Source: Nitrospirota bacterium
GTDB lineage: Bacteria; Nitrospirota; UBA9217
DNA length: 64,000 nt
Assembly: GCA_963663225.1 (NCBI GenBank)
Contig: OY760142.1
Span: 3,072,001-3,136,000, forward strand
Direction: 5' to 3'
The notes below the pieces were generated by a model, which saw only the letters and a program-made list of their open reading frames with translations, searched no databases and was not told the origin of the DNA. The position numbers and the translations under genes were made by a program. Of the stretch, positions 55,326 through 64,000 are shown one piece after another (positions within the stretch are counted from its first letter, which is position 1; every line of letters starts with the position of its first letter).

Positions 55326-55514
55326 ATGGCACAGGAATACCGGGTGTTGGTAACCGCGACGTTTGACAACGCAAAGGACCGCGACAAATGCGCAGAAGAT
55401 GTCAAGGCGCTTTTTAACTCAAAGAAAGCGGTTGGAGATGTGATTAAAAAAGCGAATCTCACAAAAGACGATTACGATATTCCGGACCTTGCAGTGGTGA
55501 CTGAGTCCTTATAA
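55326..55514 (+). CDS. Phage hypothetical protein
   Basis: GGAGG RBS; stop overlaps the next start. Confidence 0.7.
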   Translation: MAQEYRVLVTATFDNAKDRDKCAEDVKALFNSKKAVGDVIKKANLTKDDYDIPDLAVVTESL

Positions 55515-57067
55515 TGGCGAATGGTTTTGTTACATCGCGGCCGAGCGCACGGGCCGGTTCTGATACCGCCGGATGGCCGATAGACAACTCTGGATACGTC
55601 GGAGCAATTAAGTTTGTTGCCCCCGGATCAGGCGCATTGAGCGTTACAGAAATAGGCGCTTGGTTCAATAACAACGGATCCGGCGCCGCAATGCGTGTGG
55701 CAATTTTTACGCATGACTCGGTAAACGACTGCCCCGAATCAATGGTGTCCAACTCGGAAAGTGGAACGCTTACAGAATCAACATCAACCGTAAGCATCCA
55801 CTATTCTGCGCTCTCAAACTGTTCTATCACGGGTGGGCAGACTTATTGGCTGGTTGGGTTTAATGGAAGCTCGACGGGATTTGATCAGCGTACCGTAAGT
55901 GGTGGAGATTTTAAAGGTGTGCGAGGAGCAACCCCGTATACATGGCCTACCGGAGCATCGTGGCACTCGTACGATGATTCAGACACAACAATAGAACTTG
56001 GTCTTTATGCAATATACAGCGCTGGCAGCAGCGGGGCGGATCTCGCGGCTGCGTCTACCTGTGCTTGCACGGCGTCCGCGTCCCTCACAACGTCAGTTAC
56101 GTTGGGGGCGGCTCCTTCTTGTTCTGTAGCAGTCCAGGCGCAACTTACCACTCAGGTCCGGATGGCTGCAGCTGTGACCGCTGCAGTTACTGCGTCCGCC
56201 GATCTTACAACGCAAACAAGACTCGCTGCGGCAGTCACTTGTTCTGCATCTCTTTCTGCCAGCCTCACTACTCAAATAACCATGGCCGCGGCTGCGCTCT
56301 GTGCTGCAAGCGCATCAGGGACTATTGGATCAAAAGCAGAACTCACGGCACAGGCAATCTGTTCCTGTTCCATTTCGGCAGACCTCACAACCAGCATTGA
56401 GCTGTCAGCATCGGCGCGCTGCTCCTGCACCGCACAGGCGGATCTTACCGCTGGAACGGCAAGCATACCTTTAGCTGCGTCCGTGGTGTGCTCAAGCATA
56501 GCTTTAGCTAACCTTACCACTCAAATTCTTATGTCGGCGGTTGCAAATTTAAGCGCTACCGCAACGGCAAGTCTTTTTGAAGAGAAGCCGGCCATTATTG
56601 TGCCCCCTGCTCTGTCCGAAGGCGGCGGCAGAAAACCCCACAAAAAGAAAAAACAGAGTGATTGGATTCCCTGGCCTCCACCGGAGCGAATTGAATCCGT
56701 ATTGCATCCGGAAACGGTTGAGAATCCTTCCGTCGATGAAGCCGAGCGCATTGTGCGCGAGTACCAAGAACTCATTGACGATATGCAAAAAGCCTTGGCA
56801 GAGGACAACACCCCGCCAATTGTTTCCGGACAACGCAACTCTTTGTCGCTGGACTTCTCGACTCCCCTGAAAGACGCCGTTTCGAAGATATCCGAGAGGA
56901 AAAAGCAGGAAGTAGAAAAGCTGAAAGCGATAAAGAAACAACGTGAAGATGAGCTTTTTAAGGCGAGGCTCGCGCTCGACGTTGCCAATTTGAAGCTGAC
57001 AATAGCAATCGAACAAGAGGAGGAGGCGGTCATGGCAGCGCTTATGGCCGTACTGCACGATGAGTAA
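55514..57067 (+). CDS. Modular phage protein: beta-sandwich + ~20-aa repeats + charged helical C-terminus
   Basis: N-terminal GGQTYWLV domain; about nine Ala/Ser/Thr/Cys repeats mostly ending LTT; GGGRKPHKKKK then coiled coil. Confidence 0.8.
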   Translation: MANGFVTSRPSARAGSDTAGWPIDNSGYVGAIKFVAPGSGALSVTEIGAWFNNNGSGAAMRVAIFTHDSVNDCPESMVSNSESGTLTESTSTVSIHYSALSNCSITGGQTYWLVGFNGSSTGFDQRTVSGGDFKGVRGATPYTWPTGASWHSYDDSDTTIELGLYAIYSAGSSGADLAAASTCACTASASLTTSVTLGAAPSCSVAVQAQLTTQVRMAAAVTAAVTASADLTTQTRLAAAVTCSASLSASLTTQITMAAAALCAASASGTIGSKAELTAQAICSCSISADLTTSIELSASARCSCTAQADLTAGTASIPLAASVVCSSIALANLTTQILMSAVANLSATATASLFEEKPAIIVPPALSEGGGRKPHKKKKQSDWIPWPPPERIESVLHPETVENPSVDEAERIVREYQELIDDMQKALAEDNTPPIVSGQRNSLSLDFSTPLKDAVSKISERKKQEVEKLKAIKKQREDELFKARLALDVANLKLTIAIEQEEEAVMAALMAVLHDE

Positions 57068-57272
57068 TTTCACGGATGGCATTAAAAAAATATTCGAGGA
57101 GGGATTGCAAGATGAAATAGAAGGAAAAATCAAAGAACGATTAAGCGAAGTGCAAAAAATTCTCGATGATGGAGAAGGCATAGAACTTCACCGGGCTCAA
57201 GGTGCAAAGCGGGAGCTTGCCGCGATCCTTGAATTACCCGAAAGCATTTTGGAAGAAGCAAAAGAAGAGTAA
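57060..57272 (+). CDS. Small phage protein of the portal-scaffold interval
   Basis: 70-aa helical protein with LHRAQG...ILELPE; position before scaffold. Confidence 0.75.
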   Translation: MSNFTDGIKKIFEEGLQDEIEGKIKERLSEVQKILDDGEGIELHRAQGAKRELAAILELPESILEEAKEE

Positions 57273-57275
57273 CCA

Positions 57276-57373
57276 CCGGACTACCGCGAAAGCGACCCGG
57301 AAAAAACGTAGTGGACTACCGAATGGCGCGGACCTCAGAAATTTGAGACTACCCGACGACAGGAGGCCCAAAG
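57276..57373 (+). promoter_or_regulatory. Three tandem GACTACC hairpins upstream of the scaffold RBS
   Basis: GGACTACCG at 57278 and 57313, AGACTACCC at 57346; first hairpin is capped by GAAA. Confidence 0.55.
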
Positions 57374-57383
57374 GAGGATTTAC

Positions 57384-58361
57384 ATGGAAGGCAAAGACGA
57401 TGTGAAAGACCAGAAAGACGAACAGAAGGTAGACGAAATCGTTGACGAAAAAGAAGGATCCAAGGGCGCAGAGTACGACGAGGAATGGGACCGGCTTGAT
57501 GCAGAGGAAAAGGGAGAACAGAAGCCAGAACCAAAACAGACGGACAAGCAAATCGAGGAACCGGCAGCCGGAGAAGGCGACAAAATCCTCCCTGAAACCA
57601 AAGAAGAGCCGAAACCAGACGACAAAAAGGACCAAAGCAAAGCGGCCCTTTCCGGAGTAGACAAGGCTCTGCACGACACAAAGAAATGGGCCACCGAGCT
57701 TGTTGAGGAGAACAAAAAACTCAAGCAAGCGATTGCCGAGAAGGAATCGGCTGAAAAGTCGGCCAAGGTAGAGGCCGCGGAGAAAGCGCAGAAAGCGGCC
57801 CAGGAAAAACTAAACGGATCCTTGGAGGAGGCTTACAAGGAATACCCGGAACTCAAGGGTGTGCTCGACGAGATGAAATCTCAACTCGACGCGACGCAGA
57901 AAGAAATCAACGACATTAGAACTGCGGACGCAAAGAAAAAAGAGGCGAGCGAAAAACTGCAAGCCGACAGAGACTTTTTCGAACAGAACATAAAACCTGA
58001 AATCGTCAAAACGCACAAAGACTTTGATGCCATCGTAAATTCGCCAGATCATCAGTTTTTTAAGTGGGCAGAGAAGCAATCGCCGGCCATCAAGTTTGCC
58101 GTGTTTAATTCGAACTCTCCGGCGGACATGGTTATGGCCCTTGATGCTTTTAAGAAAGACAAATCATCCGGCTATTTGAAGGAAAAGAAGGAAACGGACA
58201 CAAAACTGAAAGACAGCAAACTTGAAAGCGCTCAATCCCTAAAGGGGGGCGTCACCATTCCAGAAAACATTGAACCCGGCACCGGTCCGAGTAGCAAGGA
58301 CAATTACGATGCCGGATGGGAAGCGGCTGACAAGCTCCTCAAGGATCAGGGCGTAACCTAA
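57384..58361 (+). CDS. Capsid scaffolding protein
   Basis: Highly charged, acidic N-terminus, coiled coils; directly upstream of the capsid gene; AAGGAGG RBS. Confidence 0.78.
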   Translation: MEGKDDVKDQKDEQKVDEIVDEKEGSKGAEYDEEWDRLDAEEKGEQKPEPKQTDKQIEEPAAGEGDKILPETKEEPKPDDKKDQSKAALSGVDKALHDTKKWATELVEENKKLKQAIAEKESAEKSAKVEAAEKAQKAAQEKLNGSLEEAYKEYPELKGVLDEMKSQLDATQKEINDIRTADAKKKEASEKLQADRDFFEQNIKPEIVKTHKDFDAIVNSPDHQFFKWAEKQSPAIKFAVFNSNSPADMVMALDAFKKDKSSGYLKEKKETDTKLKDSKLESAQSLKGGVTIPENIEPGTGPSSKDNYDAGWEAADKLLKDQGVT

Positions 58362-58381
58362 CCCGAAAGGAGTAACACAAG

Positions 58382-59359
58382 ATGCTTTATTCAGATATCA
58401 GCCCCAGGACTCAGGCATATGCCGATAGACGGCTTCTGACCAGAGCAAAAACGAACAACATCTTGGGACAGTTTGGACAGTCCCGAACCCTGCCGTCAAA
58501 ATCGTCACAGACGATTAAATTCAGACGGTACAACCGGCTCGCGCCCGCAACCACGCCGCTCATGGAAGGCGTAACTCCGTCCGGAAAAACTCTCAGCAAG
58601 ACGGATATTTCCGTCAGTCTGCAGCAGTTTGGCGACTTCGTAACCATTACCGACGTTATTCAGGACACCCATGAGGATCCGGTTCTTGCCGAGGCCACGG
58701 ACATTCTTGGCGAACAGGCCGGGGATACCTGGGACATTCTTCGCGCCGGTGTGCTCAAGGCCGGGACCAACGTACTGTATGCAAACGGCACCACAAGAAG
58801 CGCCGTCAATACTGTTGCCGCAATTGGCACATTCAGGACGGCAACCCGGTTGCTCAAGCGCCAGGAAGCCAAGCAGCTTAAATCAATCATCAAGGCCGGT
58901 CCGAATATCGGGACCGCTCCTATTGCTGCCGGCTTTATCGGTGTTTGCCATGCTGACCTCGAACCGGATCTTGTCCAGTTGTCCGGTTGGAAATATGTGC
59001 ATGAGTATGCAAGCAGCGACGGCTTGATTGACGGCGAAATCGGTGCTGTTGCCGGTATTCGTTTCGTTATCGACAACAACCTTACCCCCTGGGCTGATGG
59101 TGGCGGATCAAAAGGATCCACCCTTTCGACCTCCGGCACTTCTTCCGACGTTTATCCGATCCTGATTTTTGGCAAGGACGCTTATGCGACGGTTGCGCTT
59201 GCTGGCAAGAACGCCGTGAGCACCTACGTCAACAACCCGAAACCCATCACCGGGGACGAACTGGCGCAGCGCGGTTCTGTTGGATGGAAGGGCTACACCG
59301 CAACGTCAATCCTTAATGATCTGTGGATGATCAGGATTGAAACGGCGGCCAACGGATAA
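58382..59359 (+). CDS. Major capsid protein, N4-gp56 family
   Basis: YSDISPRT, TIKFRRY, PLMEGVTP, QFGDF..ITD..QDTHEDP, GEIG, VYPIL, LAQRGSVGWK. Confidence 0.9.
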   Translation: MLYSDISPRTQAYADRRLLTRAKTNNILGQFGQSRTLPSKSSQTIKFRRYNRLAPATTPLMEGVTPSGKTLSKTDISVSLQQFGDFVTITDVIQDTHEDPVLAEATDILGEQAGDTWDILRAGVLKAGTNVLYANGTTRSAVNTVAAIGTFRTATRLLKRQEAKQLKSIIKAGPNIGTAPIAAGFIGVCHADLEPDLVQLSGWKYVHEYASSDGLIDGEIGAVAGIRFVIDNNLTPWADGGGSKGSTLSTSGTSSDVYPILIFGKDAYATVALAGKNAVSTYVNNPKPITGDELAQRGSVGWKGYTATSILNDLWMIRIETAANG

Positions 59360-59366
59360 ATAGCCG

Positions 59367-59393
59367 GGAAGGGGTAACTCCCCTTCCTTTTTT
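59367..59393 (+). terminator. Intrinsic terminator after the capsid gene
   Basis: GGAAGGGG/CCCCTTCC stem plus T6. Confidence 0.75.
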
Positions 59394-59418
59394 ATCAACC
59401 ATCGAAAGGAGAAGTACC

Positions 59419-59976
59419 ATGAGTGATTTGATTAAAGTCGGCTCCTTCGCGGGAACCGGGGCAATTCTTAACGTAGAGTGCGGGTTTGTGCCGAGCTATG
59501 TGAAGCTCTTCAACCCGAACGATGCCGGATCTCTCATGCCTACGCTTGAGCGTTTTTCAGGTATGGCAGCAGCGTCCGGATTCAAAACCAAGTCCATTAC
59601 GGACAACGCAACAACTGCAAACAAGTCGTCTGAGTATATCACCTCGAACGGCCTGAGCGACTTCGTTGGCGAAGTCCCCGGCAAGGTCCTTGACGGTACC
59701 GCTGCAATTACCGCGGGGGCAAAGTCAATTACCGGAACCAACACGAAGTTTCTCACCGACCTGCGCGCTAGCGATGTTATCACGATTGGCGGCAATCAGT
59801 ACACGGTGGCCGCTGTTAGCTCTGCAACCGCAGCGACAATCGTAGAGGCCGCAGTTAAGACCGAAAGCGCGGCGAATATGACCCGCGTAACCGGCCGTAC
59901 TGCAGGATTCACACTCGGGGCCGAAACGGACCTGAACGTATCCGGCGAATCAGTATTTTACATTGCAGAAAAATAA
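59419..59976 (+). CDS. Putative capsid decoration/structural protein
   Basis: Follows the capsid gene; CGFVPSYVKL motif; fibre-like insert ITGTNTKF...VITIGGNQYTV. Confidence 0.6.
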   Translation: MSDLIKVGSFAGTGAILNVECGFVPSYVKLFNPNDAGSLMPTLERFSGMAAASGFKTKSITDNATTANKSSEYITSNGLSDFVGEVPGKVLDGTAAITAGAKSITGTNTKFLTDLRASDVITIGGNQYTVAAVSSATAATIVEAAVKTESAANMTRVTGRTAGFTLGAETDLNVSGESVFYIAEK

Positions 59977-59982
59977 ACCAAA

Positions 59983-60007
59983 GGGCCGGCCTGGACCGGC
60001 CCATTTT
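59983..60007 (+). terminator. Hairpin terminator
   Basis: GGGCCGG/CCGGCCC followed by ATTTT. Confidence 0.55.
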
Positions 60008-60027
60008 CTCAAAAGGAGGAAATTAAA

Positions 60028-60432
60028 ATGGCTGAAACTCAAACAGTAAACGAAAACACGGGCGCTGCTCCTTTGCCTGCCAAAAATCCATTTTCAGAAG
60101 AAGAAGCAAAGGAAGTCGTGAAAAAAAAACCGGGGCTCAGGTCTGACGATCCTGGCATAACAACGAAAACGAGGGATGAATTGCACAAGCAGAGAATGGT
60201 GCGAATCATTATTGACTCTACCAGAGAAGAAAAAGAAGATGTGCCGGTATCTGTGAACGGCCATTCTTATCTCATAAAGCGCGATAAAGAGGTTGAGCTT
60301 CCGTTGAGCGTCTTGGAAGTGCTCGACAATGCCGAAATGACCGATTATAAGCAGGTCCGGCGGGAAAACGGAGAAGGCTACGACATGGTGCCAACCAAGG
60401 TAAAGCGGTTTCCTTATCGCAGAGTGTTCTAG
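60028..60432 (+). CDS. Phage protein typical downstream of N4-gp56-type capsids
   Basis: VPVSVNG.SYLIKR..EV.LP..VLEVL.NA...RFPY; AAGGAGG RBS. Confidence 0.7.
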   Translation: MAETQTVNENTGAAPLPAKNPFSEEEAKEVVKKKPGLRSDDPGITTKTRDELHKQRMVRIIIDSTREEKEDVPVSVNGHSYLIKRDKEVELPLSVLEVLDNAEMTDYKQVRRENGEGYDMVPTKVKRFPYRRVF

Positions 60433-60441
60433 GGGGGATAA

Positions 60442-61347
60442 ATGTTTTCTATCACTCACAGGGATGTTGGCGGGAAAACAAGCCTGTATGCTCATGTTCT
60501 ACGCATGGACGACGGTAAGTATTGGGATGAAAGTGCCGATGCCTGGGTAGCAACCGAATCGGGAATGTGCAATGTATCGCTTGCGGAAGATACTACCATG
60601 CCCGGACGGTATGCCGGATCCGCTAATTTTAATCCTTCCCATGGCACGACATACGATATTTCAATTTTTGAAGCTGACGGGACCATGATAGTAAAAACCA
60701 GCCAGCCGTATGTGAGTGATAAGAAAACAGCCTTACAGCTTGTAAACGATATTCAGCAGGAATTGAGATTGCCGAAATCCGCAGACTTTACGGCCCCTCA
60801 TGCAAAGTCCGTTCTGGCGCAACTGAACAAGGCCATTCAAGTTATGAACGAGTCTGACGGTTGGCCGGAGATGAACGTAAAAGGTTCATTTATGACTAAG
60901 GTTGGCGTGTCCGTCTATTCCCTTCGACCGATAAATGCGTCCTATGTGGATATCCTCAAGCGTATGCAGATAGGAACGAACGTGCCCCTCGCAAAACGCA
61001 CCGACGGGAATTTTAAGACGCTGCAGAAAATGAATACAGCCCCGGCGCAGCCGACCGATTACCGGATATTCGGAAGGGCCGGCGGAGTTCTTATTGTTGA
61101 GCTTACTCCTGCCCCGGATATCGCATATCAGGTTGATTTTGAATTACTGATGCGGAATGAATTACTCGCGGCTGTTACGGATATCCCGTTGCTCGACACA
61201 AATGCGATCTATATTGGCGGCTTGGCCTTTACAAAGAAGGATCAAGGCTCATGGTATCAGGACGACATGGCATTGTTTCAAAATCTTGTATCTGCACACG
61301 CTGACAACCAATCAGAGCCTAATTGGGGAGATGCAGAAACGATATGA
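60442..61347 (+). CDS. Putative head-tail adaptor with extra N-terminal beta domain
   Basis: TALQLVNDI...GWP...GVSVYSL...PTDY...LTPAPD..Y pattern from ~aa 95; position. Confidence 0.6.
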   Translation: MFSITHRDVGGKTSLYAHVLRMDDGKYWDESADAWVATESGMCNVSLAEDTTMPGRYAGSANFNPSHGTTYDISIFEADGTMIVKTSQPYVSDKKTALQLVNDIQQELRLPKSADFTAPHAKSVLAQLNKAIQVMNESDGWPEMNVKGSFMTKVGVSVYSLRPINASYVDILKRMQIGTNVPLAKRTDGNFKTLQKMNTAPAQPTDYRIFGRAGGVLIVELTPAPDIAYQVDFELLMRNELLAAVTDIPLLDTNAIYIGGLAFTKKDQGSWYQDDMALFQNLVSAHADNQSEPNWGDAETI

Positions 61348-62828
61348 AGAAGAACCAACAGATTGAAGCATTGACCGTTACCCTTAATGACTTTTCCGGT
61401 GGCGAGGCAGATTTACCACTTACCAAAATGAGCGCGAAGTTTGCGACAAAAATGGTGAACGTCTATCCGACCATGACCGGAGGCATTGGGTTTGTTCCTG
61501 GGTATGCTCGCGTGAACCAGATACGATCGAACGAGGCGTTTCAGTCTGGCCACGTTTACATTAAGGCAGACGGGACAAAGATTGTTCTCGTTGCCGGCGG
61601 AGGAAAAATATACCGGGCAAACGGCACAACGCTTGTGTCAATAAAAACAGGATTAAATGCCGGCGCTATTGTTCGGTTCATAACGGCAAACGATTATTGC
61701 ATCATGCTGAACGGTGTTGACGCGCCGATGAAATACGACGGTACTACGGTAACAACCCTTGGTGGCACTCCTCCGGCTACTGCATTTAAGGGTGTGTACC
61801 ACAAGGGCCGCGTATGGATGATCGAACGCACAAACAAGATGCTGGCAAGCTATTCCGGGCTGAACGCCATAGAGGACTACACCACGGCGCACAATGCCGG
61901 ATATATTGATTTCAGGTATGTGCTTAAAACAGGCGACGAACTCACGGATATTGAGAGCTATGTTGACCTGATCGTGTTCTATTTTAAAAACCACGTTGTC
62001 GTGTATTCGGGAAACACGCCTACCGATTACGGAGATTTTCAAATTGTCATACAGCTTGAAGGGGCCGGAGCGTTTACCGACACGGTGAAGGCCACGGGTC
62101 TTGATCATTTATTCCTTTCTCAAATTGGCGCACGTTCTCTCAAGCAGGTAATAAACACCGGCGCGAATCCGGAACAGCTTATTTCAAAAAATATCTTCCA
62201 GCGGCTTTCTGGCGCGATATCCTCGAATCCGAACGGCCCATTTGGATCCGCTCATTTTCAACGCCTCGGCTGGTTCATGGTGCTGATTGGCGACGAAATA
62301 TGGTGCTATGCCTACAACCGGGGTGCATGGTTCAGGATAATAGGGGCCGATGCCCTTGGTATGTTCTCTGACTCTGACGGTTCAAGCGTTTACTTCTGTG
62401 GCCGGGGCTATCTCTATAAATTCGATCAGGGATGGACGTTCGACGGTGCTCCTATGTGGCGCGAGTGGGACATGGGATGGCTAAAGTTTTTCAAGAACGA
62501 AGAGCGAGGGTTTCCGAAGATACTGCAGATTTACGCAACTCCTTCGCAACCGATTACGGTATCAGTCGGAACGCGGTTTGACCTTAATGCCGGAACTCCG
62601 GACTCATTTCAATCTTTCATGCTCGACATGGCCCCTTCCCTTATGGATGAAACGGTGCCCGACATTTGGGAAAACTGCTTTTATATGGACTCAGAAGAAT
62701 ATGCGCCGGAGCGATTGCCATTATTCGGGGGCGGTTCGATGATGCAGTTATGCTTTACCTGCCAGGACACAGCCGGCCCCTGCGAGATAAATAGTCTGAA
62801 AATTCAATTCACCCCAGGAGGCGATTAA
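61344..62828 (+). CDS. Putative tail nozzle/DNA stabilisation protein (P22 gp10-like beta-propeller)
   Basis: DFSGG start, NGVDAPMKYDG, HKGRVW; size and position after adaptor. Confidence 0.65.
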   Translation: MKKNQQIEALTVTLNDFSGGEADLPLTKMSAKFATKMVNVYPTMTGGIGFVPGYARVNQIRSNEAFQSGHVYIKADGTKIVLVAGGGKIYRANGTTLVSIKTGLNAGAIVRFITANDYCIMLNGVDAPMKYDGTTVTTLGGTPPATAFKGVYHKGRVWMIERTNKMLASYSGLNAIEDYTTAHNAGYIDFRYVLKTGDELTDIESYVDLIVFYFKNHVVVYSGNTPTDYGDFQIVIQLEGAGAFTDTVKATGLDHLFLSQIGARSLKQVINTGANPEQLISKNIFQRLSGAISSNPNGPFGSAHFQRLGWFMVLIGDEIWCYAYNRGAWFRIIGADALGMFSDSDGSSVYFCGRGYLYKFDQGWTFDGAPMWREWDMGWLKFFKNEERGFPKILQIYATPSQPITVSVGTRFDLNAGTPDSFQSFMLDMAPSLMDETVPDIWENCFYMDSEEYAPERLPLFGGGSMMQLCFTCQDTAGPCEINSLKIQFTPGGD

Positions 62829-64000
62829 TGAGTTATCAGCGCCCTAGCGGTACGACGAGATTTGCATTACGATCTGCAGCTAAATTGGCACTTCCGAGCG
62901 CATGGATAGATGAAGAGCTTAACAGCATATATACGACGCTTAACTCCATGACGCTCTCGGTGAATTCAAGCGAATGGCCGTTGTTCAACGCTACTGCGAC
63001 ATACATAGACGCAAGCAATTTTTCCTGTTCTGGCGATCAGACGGGGATATTCAACGTAAAGCGACGGATCAAAGCCAACCTTTCCGGCACTTATGTTTAC
63101 AGCAAGATATCTACGGCCACTTATAATAGCGGGACCGGGATTACTACCGTCACGCTTGCCGATGCCGTTCTTACCAGTTCCCTTTCTCAAATTTTCTATA
63201 GCATCTTTGATTCTGTGAATAATTCTGTAAGTGCGGAGCTTATTGCTTGCGATGCCGTAGGAGAATTAATATCAACAGAGGTACAAGCCGCCATAGCCGA
63301 AATAGAAGCAAAAAAATTAAAAGAAACCGACATTCTTGGCGATTTTGTAATTTCAGGACTTTTGGGAACGGCCCCGTCAAACAGCCTGTCAATGACGACC
63401 CCAGCAGGAAAAATTTGGCAGAGTGGAGTAAGGATTTCATCCGCAGGATTCACACAGACCTATACGGCTTCACGGGATACCTACGATTCAATAAACAACA
63501 CCGGTGTAATTACCCATACCGAGGTTGCAAATGGCGCTGCAGCGCCAACATTGCCGGCAAATTCTCAATGGATACAGAAAGTAGTTACTGATGCAACAAA
63601 AATAATGACCGTAACAGATTTAAGGTCAATAGCATCAATGCTGCCGGCAGGAGAGATTTTATCTGACTGTGTTGTATCCGGACTGCTTGCCACCGCTCCG
63701 GCGTCTGGTTTCTCTATGACAACGCCAGGAGGAGTGTTTTGTATAAAAGGGAAAAGGACAGTTAAGGCCCCGAGTGATGCCGACCTGACTCACACCTATA
63801 CAGCGAGCAAAGACACATATGTTGATATAGACAGTTCGGGAAATATTGCCAATGTTGAAGTTTCAAATAATGATTATGCTGTAAATGGGCTTCTTTCTAG
63901 TGTTATAAACGCCGGCAGTCTTTTACAGTCAATCCCAGGTGGATCCGCCTGGGTAAAAGGGAAGTACGTTGTCTCCCCTCCCGTGCAGTATACCTATTCG
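62828..64000 (+). CDS. Tail fibre/spike protein, partial (absent from the ORF track)
   Basis: Manual translation open from ATG 62828 to the window end (391 codons); AGGAGG RBS; VQAAIAEI motif; tandem domain repeats. Confidence 0.75.
   Translation, partial: MSYQRPSGTTRFALRSAAKLALPSAWIDEELNSIYTTLNSMTLSVNSSEWPLFNATATYIDASNFSCSGDQTGIFNVKRRIKANLSGTYVYSKISTATYNSGTGITTVTLADAVLTSSLSQIFYSIFDSVNNSVSAELIACDAVGELISTEVQAAIAEIEAKKLKETDILGDFVISGLLGTAPSNSLSMTTPAGKIWQSGVRISSAGFTQTYTASRDTYDSINNTGVITHTEVANGAAAPTLPANSQWIQKVVTDATKIMTVTDLRSIASMLPAGEILSDCVVSGLLATAPASGFSMTTPGGVFCIKGKRTVKAPSDADLTHTYTASKDTYVDIDSSGNIANVEVSNNDYAVNGLLSSVINAGSLLQSIPGGSAWVKGKYVVSPPVQYTYS

Larger units (their letters stand above)
49328..64000 (+). 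mobile_element. Prophage with podovirus-like head/tail module, runs off the window
   Basis: tRNA-derived att; terminase, portal, scaffold, capsid, adaptor, nozzle, fibre, all on +. Confidence 0.93.

Noticed and set aside
57276-57360. Mini CRISPR array (regularly spaced GACTACC)
   Set aside because: Repeats are only 7-9 nt and there are no cas genes; better explained as RNA hairpins
49328-64000. Lytic N4-like phage, or DGR/defence cargo
   Set aside because: Only the capsid family is N4-like; no virion RNA polymerase, reverse transcriptase or recognisable defence gene in the window

Overview
Bacterial chromosome segment; gene content and order suggest an anaerobic Nitrospirota or Desulfobacterota-like host (inference). 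Four zones. (1) 1-8.9 kb: a Tat-exported flavoprotein plus heptahaem cytochrome c operon with a divergent LysR, a sigma28-driven chemoreceptor, and clpC. (2) 9-43.5 kb: minus-strand housekeeping block with rimP-nusA-infB-rbfA-truB-rpsO-pnp, ccsA-hemA-hemC-iscA-like-hemB, lolCD, lysS, purC, a UbiD decarboxylase, pilBTC-pilSR, aroE and pgsA. (3) 43.6-49.3 kb: AT-rich accessory patch of co-oriented exported/membrane hypotheticals, with at least one integron gene cassette and no integrase in the window, followed by a solitary sigma54-type glyoxylate-carboligase-like gene. (4) 49.3 kb to the end: a prophage bounded by the 3' half of tRNA-Thr(CGT), with a podovirus-like structural operon (terminase, portal, scaffold, N4-gp56-type capsid, adaptor, nozzle, partial tail fibre). 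The best candidates for novelty are in the prophage: a three-gene fibre/repeat module between portal and scaffold, a ~280-nt structured RNA before terS, and a triple-hairpin operator before the scaffold gene. All calls are by eye; no searches were run.
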